Positions 7,701-15,765 of a DNA stretch of 15,765 nucleotides are shown here, one piece after another. The first letter of the stretch is position 1. Each line of letters begins with the position of its first letter. This DNA comes from Candidatus Aenigmatarchaeota archaeon (GTDB lineage: Archaea; Aenigmatarchaeota; Aenigmatarchaeia; CG10238-14; SCSR01). The position numbers and the translations under genes are program-made. The DNA lies in assembly GCA_039091335.1 (NCBI GenBank), contig JAWCME010000008.1, forward strand, positions 1 through 15,765, in the 5' to 3' direction. The notes beneath the pieces are model-generated. The model worked only from the letters and a program-made list of their open reading frames with translations, did no database searches and was not told the DNA's origin.

Positions 7701-7729
7701 AAAAAAATTAAAAGGGAGGAGGAGAAAAA
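7701..7729 (-). terminator. Pyrimidine/oligo-T tract, probable archaeal terminator
   Basis: TTTTTCTCCTCCTCCCTTTTAATTTTTTT directly after the stop of the 37-aa ORF. Confidence 0.45.
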
Positions 7730-7843
7730 TTATATGGCTTTTAAGGAACCCCAAACCCTTCCTCCAGAAACCACATTAGTTCTAATCTTTCTAATCCCCC
7801 TATCCATCAAAAATGAAATTTGAATTCTTGCTACCTCTTCCAT
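7730..7843 (-). CDS. Small hypothetical protein, 37 aa (MEEVARIQISFLMDRGIRKIRTNVVSGGRVWGSLKAI)
   Basis: Below the ORF-track cutoff. ATG with a GGTGA SD 5 nt upstream, 9 nt after the zinc-ribbon gene stop, followed by a T-tract. Confidence 0.6.
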   Translation of the reverse strand: MEEVARIQISFLMDRGIRKIRTNVVSGGRVWGSLKAI

Positions 7844-7852
7844 CCACTTCAC

Positions 7853-8047
7853 CTAATGATGAAAACCAAGCTTGTGATAGAGCTCAAGATTAAATTCATG
7901 TAAATTTTTCTGGGACTCCATTTCTCTCGCTCTATTTTCAAGGAAACTCCCAAAACAATTTTTACAAAATATTCTTTTCTGACCAAAACCATCGATGAAT
8001 TCAAATGTTCTTATAGACTTGCATCTCAAGCATCTCATGCTTTTCAC
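7853..8047 (-). CDS. Small zinc-ribbon protein
   Basis: CLRC...CKNC (two CxxC). Start is GTG 8047 or ATG 8038. Confidence 0.7.
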   Translation of the reverse strand: MKSMRCLRCKSIRTFEFIDGFGQKRIFCKNCFGSFLENRAREMESQKNLHEFNLELYHKLGFHH

Positions 8048-8164
8048 TTCACATTTGAATTATTAGATAAGAAATTATAGGTTCTTTTCCCAACCACATT
8101 TCCGAAATTTCCAATGGATCTAATAAAAAAATCATTTTAAACTTTTATTTTTATTAAATAGGCT

Positions 8165-9154
8165 TTAAATTACTTTTTTATCCATAAAAACTGTTAATTT
8201 ACTTAAAATTTCTGATTTGAGTTTTTCTTCGTCTTTTTTATCTATATTTCCAGCCCCAGCTTTCTCATGTCCACCACCAATCTTGAGCTCTCTGAATAAT
8301 TTGCCAACATCCACCTCCCCACTACCATTTCTACCATGAATTCTTATTATATTTTTCTTATCTTCAAAAACAAAAATTATGTTTTCAGGATTTTCTATGC
8401 TAAGCTTTGTTATGAGTGCAGAGCACACCCCTCTGTATCTTGGCTTAATTTTAGACACTAGGATTCTACCATAACTTTCTAGATTTTTTTCAAATTCTTT
8501 TTCACATCTTTCTAATTCTTGGTCAAATTTTTTTGAAGCAGAAATCATTTTTTTATTTTTCACCAACTCTTCCAAATTTCTTGAATTCAGAAGAATTTGC
8601 AATGTTTTTTCTGGTCCCAAAACAGAAATAGAAGCCCCGAGGAGCATTGCGGCTTTACCAAACTTACTCTTCCAAATGTTTTTTTTACTATTGATTTTCA
8701 CCAAATCTTTGCAGTTTTCAACCCCCAAATCACCAACCGTTCCTACAGCCGCAGCCCATTTTTTATCTTTAAGTAAATTTTTAAACATTTTATAAACGAC
8801 ATAGCTTGTCGGCTGATAAATTTTAGGGCTCTCCATTCTAGGGTTGATCAAAATTATCTTTTCTGAGGTTAGATCCTTTCCAGGATGATGGTCAATTATC
8901 AACATTTTTTTCTCTATGTCAAGAAGATGTTTTTCAATCAAATCAATTGGTACATCAACCGTTATGATTTTCTCAAACCTTTTGAGCCTTGTTTTTAATC
9001 TTTCGATATCGCCGAACCCCATTGGTATCGATTTTTTTATTTTTTTCCCCATTTTTTTAAAAACAATTAGAATTAGTGCAGCGGAAACAACCCCATCCAC
9101 ATCTGTATCATAAACCAGGGCAACCTTCTCCTCCCCTATATCTTCGACAAACAC
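8165..9154 (-). CDS. DHH-family phosphoesterase (RecJ/NrnA-like) with DHHA1 domain; true start may be CTG at 9190
   Basis: YDTDVDG, ITVD, IIDHH, GTVGD, GGGHEKAGAG motifs. Confidence 0.88.
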   Translation of the reverse strand: MFVEDIGEEKVALVYDTDVDGVVSAALILIVFKKMGKKIKKSIPMGFGDIERLKTRLKRFEKIITVDVPIDLIEKHLLDIEKKMLIIDHHPGKDLTSEKIILINPRMESPKIYQPTSYVVYKMFKNLLKDKKWAAAVGTVGDLGVENCKDLVKINSKKNIWKSKFGKAAMLLGASISVLGPEKTLQILLNSRNLEELVKNKKMISASKKFDQELERCEKEFEKNLESYGRILVSKIKPRYRGVCSALITKLSIENPENIIFVFEDKKNIIRIHGRNGSGEVDVGKLFRELKIGGGHEKAGAGNIDKKDEEKLKSEILSKLTVFMDKKVI

Positions 9155-9176
9155 CCTTCCACTTCTGAAAACCTCT

Positions 9177-9803
9177 TCAAGCCTTCTCAGTTATTTCACC
9201 CGCAATTTTTTTCATAGTTTCTTCATCAAGAAGGAGAAGCTGAATTGGTTGCTCTTTTTGGGCAGATAAGTGAAACTCTATCATTGAAAAAAGACTGTCA
9301 ACGTGATGGAGAATTAAAGCCTCAAAACTTCTTGGAGGTGTGGGGCCTGTTTCTCCTATGTGGGAAGCAATGATATGAATCAAACCTTCAGGGAAACCCC
9401 TATGATAAAGCTCAGCAACAGCAAGCATTGAATGATCGAGCAAAATCCCAGTATGTTTTGTTTCATTCCCCACAACTTCCCATTCAAAAACTTTCATTAT
9501 ATCATGTAGCAAAGATCCCGCTATAAGATAATCCATGTTTATTGTTAAACCATAATTTTTTTCTAAATTTTCTGCAATTTTGATACAAGCTTCAGTTACT
9601 GAAGCTATGTGATTAACCAAATCACTTCTTTCTGCACTTCCTCTACCGACAACAGTAAAAGGAGTTTTTACCCTTTCAATTTCTTCTCTAGGATATTTTT
9701 TAAATTCTTCATGAGAAAGTTCTGGGTTTTTTAATAGCTCTATCACATTTTTCTTCAATTCACTATCCTTTATTTTTTCTGCGAGTTGAATTAACCTCTC
9801 CAT
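9177..9803 (-). CDS. HD-domain phosphohydrolase (MptB/MJ0837-like N-terminus)
   Basis: 208 aa. H..SV, GSLLHDIMK, DH, ASH, HHVD motifs. Family similarity is from recall only. Confidence 0.8.
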   Translation of the reverse strand: MERLIQLAEKIKDSELKKNVIELLKNPELSHEEFKKYPREEIERVKTPFTVVGRGSAERSDLVNHIASVTEACIKIAENLEKNYGLTINMDYLIAGSLLHDIMKVFEWEVVGNETKHTGILLDHSMLAVAELYHRGFPEGLIHIIASHIGETGPTPPRSFEALILHHVDSLFSMIEFHLSAQKEQPIQLLLLDEETMKKIAGEITEKA

Positions 9804-9817
9804 TTTACCCTCTTCTG

Positions 9818-10096
9818 CTAACCGAAAAGTGAACTTAAGCCAACAACAGCTTCTTCGGCTTTCTCACTTCCTTCTTCTTTCTCCTTCTTCTCATCTTTAT
9901 TCACAGGAGCCGAAACCATTGTTGACGCTTGTTGTATAACCTCTTCTATATTTACACCCTCTAAACTAGCAACTAAAGCCTTAACTTTAGCATCATCTAC
10001 AACAACACCAGCAGCCTCTAAAACCTTCTTCACATTCTCTTCATTTATTGGTTTTTTGGCTCGATGAAGGAGTAAAGCCGAATACACATATTCCAT
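9818..10096 (-). CDS. rpl12: Ribosomal stalk protein P1 (aL12)
   Basis: [11 protein letters not shown]...[14 protein letters not shown]...GLSSLFG. TAATG overlap with uL10; GGAGGTG SD. Confidence 0.96.
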   Translation of the reverse strand: MEYVYSALLLHRAKKPINEENVKKVLEAAGVVVDDAKVKALVASLEGVNIEEVIQQASTMVSAPVNKDEKKEKEEGSEKAEEAVVGLSSLFG

Positions 10097-10854
10097 TAAC
10101 TTACACCTCCCATTATCTCTATAGCCTTTGCATTATTAAAGGCTTTAATTAATAAAAATTTAATTGTTTCTTTTGTTGGATAGGAAACATTCACCGAAAA
10201 ATTTACAGCATGTTGATGTGCATCAACAAGTTTTTCTCGAAATGTTTTTACAAACTCTAAAACATCTTTTGTATAAACCCTACCATTCTCATAAAAACCA
10301 ACAACATTCAAGAAAATAGAAATTGGTTTTATACCAAGTCTTCTTAGAGCATTCGCAACATCCTTTGATACCCTTTCTCCCTTTTTTAAGAGCACGACAT
10401 CTTTTTTGATTACAATTTTTCCAGCTTCTACACCAGCAGGAATACCAGCCTTTGTTAGCTCGCTTATAACAGGTCCTGCCAAAAGACTTGTTTGCCCTGC
10501 ACGAATAACAATGTCATTAGAAGCAATATCAGACTCTTTTGCAAAAACTTCAAATCCTATTGAATTAAGTTTCAAATAAGATTTGAAAGCATTTTCTCTC
10601 ATGAAAATTACTGCAAGCTGGTTTGGGACAATTTTTTCCAGTTCTTTAATGTTTTCTTTTTCTACTTCTCTTATAGCATACAAAAATGTGCTTTTTTTCG
10701 TAACTTTTATACACCCCGCATCTCTTATATTTTTTCTCAATTCTTGTAATTCCTTGCTTGGAAATTTGTGGAGGTCTGCTATCCCAATTACAGGAAACTC
10801 CATTATCATTTTTTTAATCTCTTCGACTTTTTTCAGTTTTTCTTCTTTAACCAT
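10096..10854 (-). CDS. rpl10: Ribosomal protein uL10 (P0), short form
   Basis: 252 aa. LQELRK, insertion domain ([20 protein letters not shown]...LRRLGIKP), YPTKETI. Lies between uL1 and P1. Confidence 0.92.
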   Translation of the reverse strand: MVKEEKLKKVEEIKKMIMEFPVIGIADLHKFPSKELQELRKNIRDAGCIKVTKKSTFLYAIREVEKENIKELEKIVPNQLAVIFMRENAFKSYLKLNSIGFEVFAKESDIASNDIVIRAGQTSLLAGPVISELTKAGIPAGVEAGKIVIKKDVVLLKKGERVSKDVANALRRLGIKPISIFLNVVGFYENGRVYTKDVLEFVKTFREKLVDAHQHAVNFSVNVSYPTKETIKFLLIKAFNNAKAIEIMGGVS

Positions 10855-10856
10855 TT

Positions 10857-11474
10857 TTACACCTCTATTTTAATGGGGCTACCCATAGTTGGTTTTATCA
10901 AAACAGACTTAATATTTTGAATTCCCCTAGGTAGTTTTGCTTGAACAACCCTTAATACCTCTTCGATATTTTCAGCAATTTCTTCATCATCCATTTCTTC
11001 AGTGCCAACGATACATTGGATTACTGGGGAATCTTTCACTCTTATCCTAACAGCTTTTTTATAATTTTCAACTATTTTAGCAACATCACCAGTTATAACT
11101 TTTGGCAATTTTCCTTTTGGCCCCATGTACTGACCAAACACTTTACCAGCCAAGACCATCATCTTGGGCTCCGCAAAGAAGAAATCCGTGTTTTTTACAA
11201 GTTTTTTCGCTTCTCTCTTATTTTTAGAATATCTTTCTATATCTTCGCTCGTTAAAACCTCACAGCCCAACTCTTTTATACTATCTGAAAAAACAACAAT
11301 TTTTGCTTCTTTACCCCTCCCGAATGGTAGAATCACATCTTCAGTAAACCTATTTTCCGATTTTTTAATGTCAAAATCCTTTAGAGAAACAACAAGGTCA
11401 ATACTTTGAATAAAATTCCTTTTCTTGTAATTTTTTCTCAATTCTTTAATCGCTTTTAAGATTTTTTCTTTCAT
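10857..11474 (-). CDS. rpl1: Ribosomal protein uL1
   Basis: KRNFIQSIDL, LPFGRGK, GPKGKLP, VGTEEM, KPTMG. Confidence 0.95.
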   Translation of the reverse strand: MKEKILKAIKELRKNYKKRNFIQSIDLVVSLKDFDIKKSENRFTEDVILPFGRGKEAKIVVFSDSIKELGCEVLTSEDIERYSKNKREAKKLVKNTDFFFAEPKMMVLAGKVFGQYMGPKGKLPKVITGDVAKIVENYKKAVRIRVKDSPVIQCIVGTEEMDDEEIAENIEEVLRVVQAKLPRGIQNIKSVLIKPTMGSPIKIEV

Positions 11475-11526
11475 TCAACACCCTCCTGCCTAAGCAGTCA
11501 AATGGGCTTTATCCATCACTTTGTTT

Positions 11527-12039
11527 TTAATGTTTAAAAAGGTTATCATACTTACCTTCTTCAACTTCTTTTATAATTTCTTTCGGCTTCTTACCTTCAA
11601 TAGTTACTGGCATACTAACAGCAGTTCCAATTACAGTTTTTACAGCAGATTTTAAGTCTTTTGCCTGCATATCTTTCATTTTAATTTTAGCTATTTTTAG
11701 GCACTGCTCCATGCTTAAGTTTCCAATCAAAGCAACTTTCTTTTCTTCACCTTCTGTCGTCTTATCGTCTTTTTTTCCACTTTCAACAATTCCCAATTCT
11801 TTTTTTATTAAACTCGACACGGGTGGAAGACCAACCTCAATATTATACTCCTTTGTCTTTTTATCGATTAACAGTTTCACAGGAACTTGTAGACCTATAT
11901 ACTCTTTCGTTTTTTCATTAATTAATTTGAAAACATTTCCTGCGTTGAGTCCCAGGGCACTGAGCTTTGGAGCAGTTGTTGGTCCGGGCGAAGCCTTTCC
12001 ACCCTCTACTAATAGTTCAACAACTTCTTTTTCAGACAC
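11527..12039 (-). CDS. rpl11: Ribosomal protein uL11
   Basis: LVEGGKASPGP, VPVK, PPVSSLIKKELG, GNLSMEQ, GTAVSM. GTG start. Confidence 0.95.
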   Translation of the reverse strand: MSEKEVVELLVEGGKASPGPTTAPKLSALGLNAGNVFKLINEKTKEYIGLQVPVKLLIDKKTKEYNIEVGLPPVSSLIKKELGIVESGKKDDKTTEGEEKKVALIGNLSMEQCLKIAKIKMKDMQAKDLKSAVKTVIGTAVSMPVTIEGKKPKEIIKEVEEGKYDNLFKH

Positions 12040-12040
12040 A

Positions 12041-12484
12041 TTATTTCCCAGCCCTTTCTAGCAATTTCACAAACTCAACACTTACTGTTATTGGAATTGG
12101 AACAGTTGCTTCTATAAGTTCTATCGTCACTTCCCTTTTTACTTTATCGTATCTAGTTACTTTCCCCCTTTCATCCTTGAAGGGACCACCTATGATTTCA
12201 ACAGTGTCACCAGTATTTAACTCAATCTCTACTGTTTTTGGTTGTAAGAACCTTTGGACTTCTTTTATTTCAATTGGCCTTTTTATTAAACCCCTGACAT
12301 GAGGAATCATTTGAATAGACCTTTCTACATCTTTTATATCACCTTCAATGAAAACATATCCCTTTATCTCTTCTGGATGGAATAGACTAAGTATGTTTAG
12401 GCCTTCTGTTTTTACTTTTGCTGCAATAGCTTCCATCACAACATTCTCTCTTCCAACAACGGTTTTAATACTGTATAGTACCAT
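12041..12484 (-). CDS. spt5: Transcription elongation factor Spt5/NusG (147 aa)
   Basis: NGN domain (KGYVFIE) and KOW (GDTVEIIGGPFK). Start moved to ATG 12484, which has a GGTGA SD. Confidence 0.95.
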   Translation of the reverse strand: MVLYSIKTVVGRENVVMEAIAAKVKTEGLNILSLFHPEEIKGYVFIEGDIKDVERSIQMIPHVRGLIKRPIEIKEVQRFLQPKTVEIELNTGDTVEIIGGPFKDERGKVTRYDKVKREVTIELIEATVPIPITVSVEFVKLLERAGK

Positions 12485-12492
12485 TTTATCAC

Positions 12493-12666
12493 CTATAGTC
12501 CAAGAATGGTTGAAATTAAATAAAAAACAAGACCAATTGAACCAAGTATAGCAACCCCCAGTATACAAATCTTCAACGTCTCCAAAAAAACTTCTTTGTT
12601 TGGTTTTTTGTTCAATTTGATAACACGTATATAATCTTTTATTTTCTCTTTTATGTCCAATTTCAT
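12493..12666 (-). CDS. secE: Protein translocase SecE/Sec61-gamma (57 aa)
   Basis: MKLDIKEKIKDYIRVIKLNKKPNKEVF followed by one TM helix. Start moved to ATG 12666 (GGTGG SD). Conserved ftsZ-secE-spt5 order. Confidence 0.92.
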   Translation of the reverse strand: MKLDIKEKIKDYIRVIKLNKKPNKEVFLETLKICILGVAILGSIGLVFYLISTILGL

Positions 12667-12677
12667 TGGAAAACCAC

Positions 12678-13766
12678 CTAGTCTACAAAATCTATCCCCA
12701 AAATTTTTTCTATATCTTTTCTTTCTTCTTTCGTCCATTTTTTACCAGGTCCGAAAATCTGTGGTGATTTAACCCCTGTTATTACAAGCATTGCCCTTAA
12801 AGTTTCTCTCAACTCTTTTGCTATCTGTGCCCCCCAAATTATTTTTGCATCGGGTGAAAGTTTAGTTGAAACAGCCTCAACAATCTGTTGAGCTTCTCTT
12901 ATAGTTATGTCAGGACCCCCTACAACATTTATTAAAGCACCAGTAGCCCCGTTAACATCAACAGTAATCAAAGGATTTGTTAAAGCTCTTTCCACAGCTT
13001 CCACAGCTCTATTTTCGGTGTCACTTTCACCCATTCCTATCATAGCCAACCCTCCATTCTTCATCACACTTTTTACATCTGCAAAATCCAAGTTCACCAA
13101 ACCAGGTTTTGTTATAAGTTCAGCAATTCCCTTGACAGCATTAACTAAAACTTCATCACAAATTTTGAAAGCAGTGGCTAGAGAAACGTCTGGAACAACT
13201 TCTAAAAGCTTGTCATTCGGTATGACTATCATTGTGTCGACATGGTCTTCCAAGTTTTCTAAACCTTCTTTTGCATTTGCCATCCTTTGTTTTCCCTCCA
13301 TACTAAAAGGTAATGTCACGACAGCAACTGTTAAAATTCCAAGCTTTTGGGCAATTTCAGCAACCACAGGCAAACTTCCAGTTCCAGTTCCACCACCAAG
13401 TCCACAAGTCAAGAAAGCCATATCCGCCCCATGTAACGCCTTTTTTATGTCTTCTTTACTTTCCCTTGCTGCTTCCATCCCAATTTTGGGGTCACCACCG
13501 GCTCCCAAACCAGAAGTAAGCTCCCTTCCAATTAAAATTTTTTTATCAGCATCAGTGTACAACAAATCTTGTGCATCAGTATTTATAGCAATGGTTTCAG
13601 CCCCAACAATCCCGACTTGCATTAGTCTTGTTATTGTATTGTTGCCAGCCCCACCAGCCCCAACAACTTTTATTTGAGTTTTTCTACTTTCCAAAATTGT
13701 TCTCAATTCTTCATCTATTTCTTTTGCCCTTTCAGAAGGTTTTTCTGTAAACTGTCGAACTCCCAT
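12678..13766 (-). CDS. ftsZ: Cell division protein FtsZ (FtsZ1-type by gene context)
   Basis: [36 protein letters not shown]. Confidence 0.98.
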   Translation of the reverse strand: MGVRQFTEKPSERAKEIDEELRTILESRKTQIKVVGAGGAGNNTITRLMQVGIVGAETIAINTDAQDLLYTDADKKILIGRELTSGLGAGGDPKIGMEAARESKEDIKKALHGADMAFLTCGLGGGTGTGSLPVVAEIAQKLGILTVAVVTLPFSMEGKQRMANAKEGLENLEDHVDTMIVIPNDKLLEVVPDVSLATAFKICDEVLVNAVKGIAELITKPGLVNLDFADVKSVMKNGGLAMIGMGESDTENRAVEAVERALTNPLITVDVNGATGALINVVGGPDITIREAQQIVEAVSTKLSPDAKIIWGAQIAKELRETLRAMLVITGVKSPQIFGPGKKWTKEERKDIEKILGIDFVD

Positions 13767-13805
13767 AAGTCCTCTTTAAATAATTCAAAAATTAAAAATA
13801 AATTC

Positions 13806-14468
13806 TTATTTAGCATTCTTTTTGAATATCTCTACAAACTTTACACTTTCTATTCCATCAACCCACTTGATTATTTGTGAAGCTATTACACTTTTGGTTT
13901 TACCACCAATGTCAAATTTTGCTTCAATTTCAACTTCTTTTTCTGATATTTTCACTTCTACATCTTCTAAACCGGTAAAATAGTTAACTATTGCCTTTAT
14001 TTTTTCTATACTATCTTCAATTTTTTTTACAATTTCAACTTCATACTCTAAATTTTTGCCAGCAAGAGGATGGTTAAAATCTATTTTTACTCTTCCCCCA
14101 TCTACACTTATTATCTTACCCCTCAAATTATTTACCATCACATAAGAACCAGGAATGATATCAACACCCTGTTCTTTGAACCTAGACTCAGGTATTAGTC
14201 TAACAAGCTCTTCACTTCTATTTCCAAAAGCCTTTTCTGGCGGAATTACAACTTTCTTTTTTTCACCAACTTCCATTTCCTTTACAGCATCATTCAGTCC
14301 AACTATTGTAAAACCAGCATCTACGATTATTGGCAAAGGCCCGTATTTTATCTTCTCGTCAAAAATTCCTGCCTTTCTTGCAACATCTTCTTTTGTGGTA
14401 TCGAAAATTTCTTCACCATCTCTAATTTTGGCAGTATACTCAATGTAGATAAAATCCCCTGATCTCAT
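13806..14468 (-). CDS. FKBP-type peptidyl-prolyl isomerase (SlyD-like, long archaeal type)
   Basis: FDTT, IPPEKAFG, IF domain, DFNHPLAGK and a C-terminal extension. Confidence 0.92.
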   Translation of the reverse strand: MRSGDFIYIEYTAKIRDGEEIFDTTKEDVARKAGIFDEKIKYGPLPIIVDAGFTIVGLNDAVKEMEVGEKKKVVIPPEKAFGNRSEELVRLIPESRFKEQGVDIIPGSYVMVNNLRGKIISVDGGRVKIDFNHPLAGKNLEYEVEIVKKIEDSIEKIKAIVNYFTGLEDVEVKISEKEVEIEAKFDIGGKTKSVIASQIIKWVDGIESVKFVEIFKKNAK

Positions 14469-14627
14469 ATTACTCTAATTACTTTGTGGTTAATAATAAA
14501 TATGTTGTTATGCTTAGGGGGACAAATTGTAGACCTATATTCTAGATGTTAATGTATATACTAACACCATTAGATGTATTTTAAAAAACAAAGCATTTAG
14601 ATACAGAAAAAGGAAGACACAATGCTG

Positions 14628-14774
14628 TTAAATTCTTTTAACGCCTCCACACAATTTACAAAACCCTGTTTTTGGGTCTATACATAGGGGACAACACCTA
14701 CTGCCACATGCCTTACAAGTGTATAAAGCTATTGAGTACTTACCACAATTTTGGCAAACCCCACCAACAACCAA
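14628..14774 (-). CDS. Small Cys-rich zinc-finger protein, 48 aa (MVVGGVCQNCGKYSIALYTCKACGSRCCPLCIDPKTGFCKLCGGVKRI)
   Basis: Not in the ORF track. TTG start with GGTGG SD; four CxxC motifs. Confidence 0.85.
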   Translation of the reverse strand: MVVGGVCQNCGKYSIALYTCKACGSRCCPLCIDPKTGFCKLCGGVKRI

Positions 14775-14842
14775 AAAACCACCTTTGTAGAAATTAATTA
14801 TTGATTTTTTTTATATTAATTACTTTAAAAAAATTAATTATT

Positions 14843-15765
14843 ATGAAAAAATTATCGTTCTTTTTAATCATACTCTTAATCATTATTTTATGCTCAAATT
14901 TATCACAAGCTGTGGCTACACAAAACTCAAAAGCAAACTATGTTCCAGATGAACTCTTAATAAGATTTAAACCTGGTACAAAGCCAACAAAAGAAAAGCA
15001 ACTTCTAGAAGAAAACGGGCTAACAGTCAAAGAAGAAATTGAAAAAATTAAAGTTAAATTAGTGAAAGTTGCTCCAGAGGCTTTGGAAACAATAGAGAAA
15101 AAACTTTCTAAGAATCCAAACATAGATTTTGTTGAGAAGAACATGATCCTAGAACCAGCTATAGAGCCCAATGATCAGTATTATTGGAAACAATGGCACC
15201 TAAAAAATATAAACGCAGAGTATGCATGGAATGTTTCTTTTGGGAGTGAAAATGTTAAGATTGTTATATGTGATTCTGGAGTGGATGAGAACCATCCCGA
15301 CCTCAAAGATAAACTAATTTTGCCAGGATGGAACTTTTATGATAATAATGACAACGTTACTGACGTCTTTGGTCATGGAACAATGGTAATAGGAACAGCC
15401 GCAGCATCGACAAACAATTTCATAGGTGTGGCCGCAATAGCTTGGAAGCCAAAGGTTATTCCTGTTAGAGTAACCGATACAAAAGGTTATGCATATTATA
15501 GCACTTTGTCCAAATGCTTGATTTATGCGGCAGACAAAGGAGCTAAAGCTGCAAGCATGAGTTTTCTTATATTTAACGGCTCTTCTCTTACAAGCGCAGC
15601 AAAATATCTTATGGATAAAGGAGGACTTGCTTTCGCTGCCGGAGGCAATACTGGCAAATATGAGAATTACACAGACAATCCTTACATTGTTTCTGTTGCA
15701 GCAACTCTTTATGACAATCGGGCAACATTTTCAAGTTATGGCCCATATATTGATTTATCAGCACC
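14843..15765 (+). CDS. Secreted S8 (subtilisin/thermitase-like) serine protease, 3'-partial
   Basis: Manual translation, open to the window end. Signal peptide MKKLSFFLIILLIIILCSNLSQA, propeptide YVPDELLIRFK, PNDQYY..QWHL, catalytic Asp (CDSG), His (GHGT), oxyanion Asn (AGGN), FSSYGPYIDLSAP. Confidence 0.93.
   Translation, partial: MKKLSFFLIILLIIILCSNLSQAVATQNSKANYVPDELLIRFKPGTKPTKEKQLLEENGLTVKEEIEKIKVKLVKVAPEALETIEKKLSKNPNIDFVEKNMILEPAIEPNDQYYWKQWHLKNINAEYAWNVSFGSENVKIVICDSGVDENHPDLKDKLILPGWNFYDNNDNVTDVFGHGTMVIGTAAASTNNFIGVAAIAWKPKVIPVRVTDTKGYAYYSTLSKCLIYAADKGAKAASMSFLIFNGSSLTSAAKYLMDKGGLAFAAGGNTGKYENYTDNPYIVSVAATLYDNRATFSSYGPYIDLSA

Noticed and set aside
11730..11790. Charged linker expansion in uL11 as a possible in-frame intron
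   Set aside because: Purine-rich on the sense strand with no BHB pairing; looks like an ordinary low-complexity linker. No intron-like insertions were evident in trmI, flpA, htpX or ftsZ either.
12485..12568. N-terminal extension of Spt5 in the track
   Set aside because: Overlaps secE; ATG 12484 has an SD and matches the family start.
12667..12738. N-terminal extension of SecE in the track
   Set aside because: Overlaps ftsZ; ATG 12666 has an SD and gives a normal-length SecE.
12907..13677. 256-aa + strand ORF, and the other short antisense ORFs in the track
   Set aside because: Antisense to ftsZ or other clear genes, with composition typical of reverse-frame shadows.
14515..14695. Repeated TAGGGG(G)ACAA as ORB origin boxes or a CRISPR remnant
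   Set aside because: Only two short copies, one inside the Cys-rich CDS. No ORB core, no cdc6 nearby and no repeat-spacer periodicity.
14938..15171. 77-aa - strand ORF
   Set aside because: Antisense shadow of the S8 protease propeptide.

Overview
AT-rich archaeal core-genome region. Its gene content and compactness suggest a DPANN lineage such as Aenigmatarchaeota, but that is inference. In order: 5' part of kae1 (- strand, runs off the left edge), Hel308/Hjm helicase, intron-containing tRNA-Pro(CGG), wHTH+DUF371 protein, trmI, htpX, DUF131, nop5, a small membrane protein, fibrillarin, an RNase H-like exonuclease, two small ORFs, DHH and HD phosphoesterases, the ftsZ-secE-spt5-uL11-uL1-uL10-P1 cluster, an FKBP PPIase, a 48-aa Cys-rich protein and a secreted S8 protease (runs off the right edge). 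The main result is in kae1. Its conserved GIESTAHTFG motif is split inside the His codon by a 16-nt insert (369-384) that carries an in-frame stop. The insert folds with both flanks into a canonical bulge-helix-bulge, and cutting at the standard tRNA-splicing-endonuclease positions restores the reading frame and the motif exactly. This is a strong candidate for a tRNA-type intron in an archaeal mRNA other than cbf5. Two N-gaps (6292-6301, 7441-7467) hide coding sequence.
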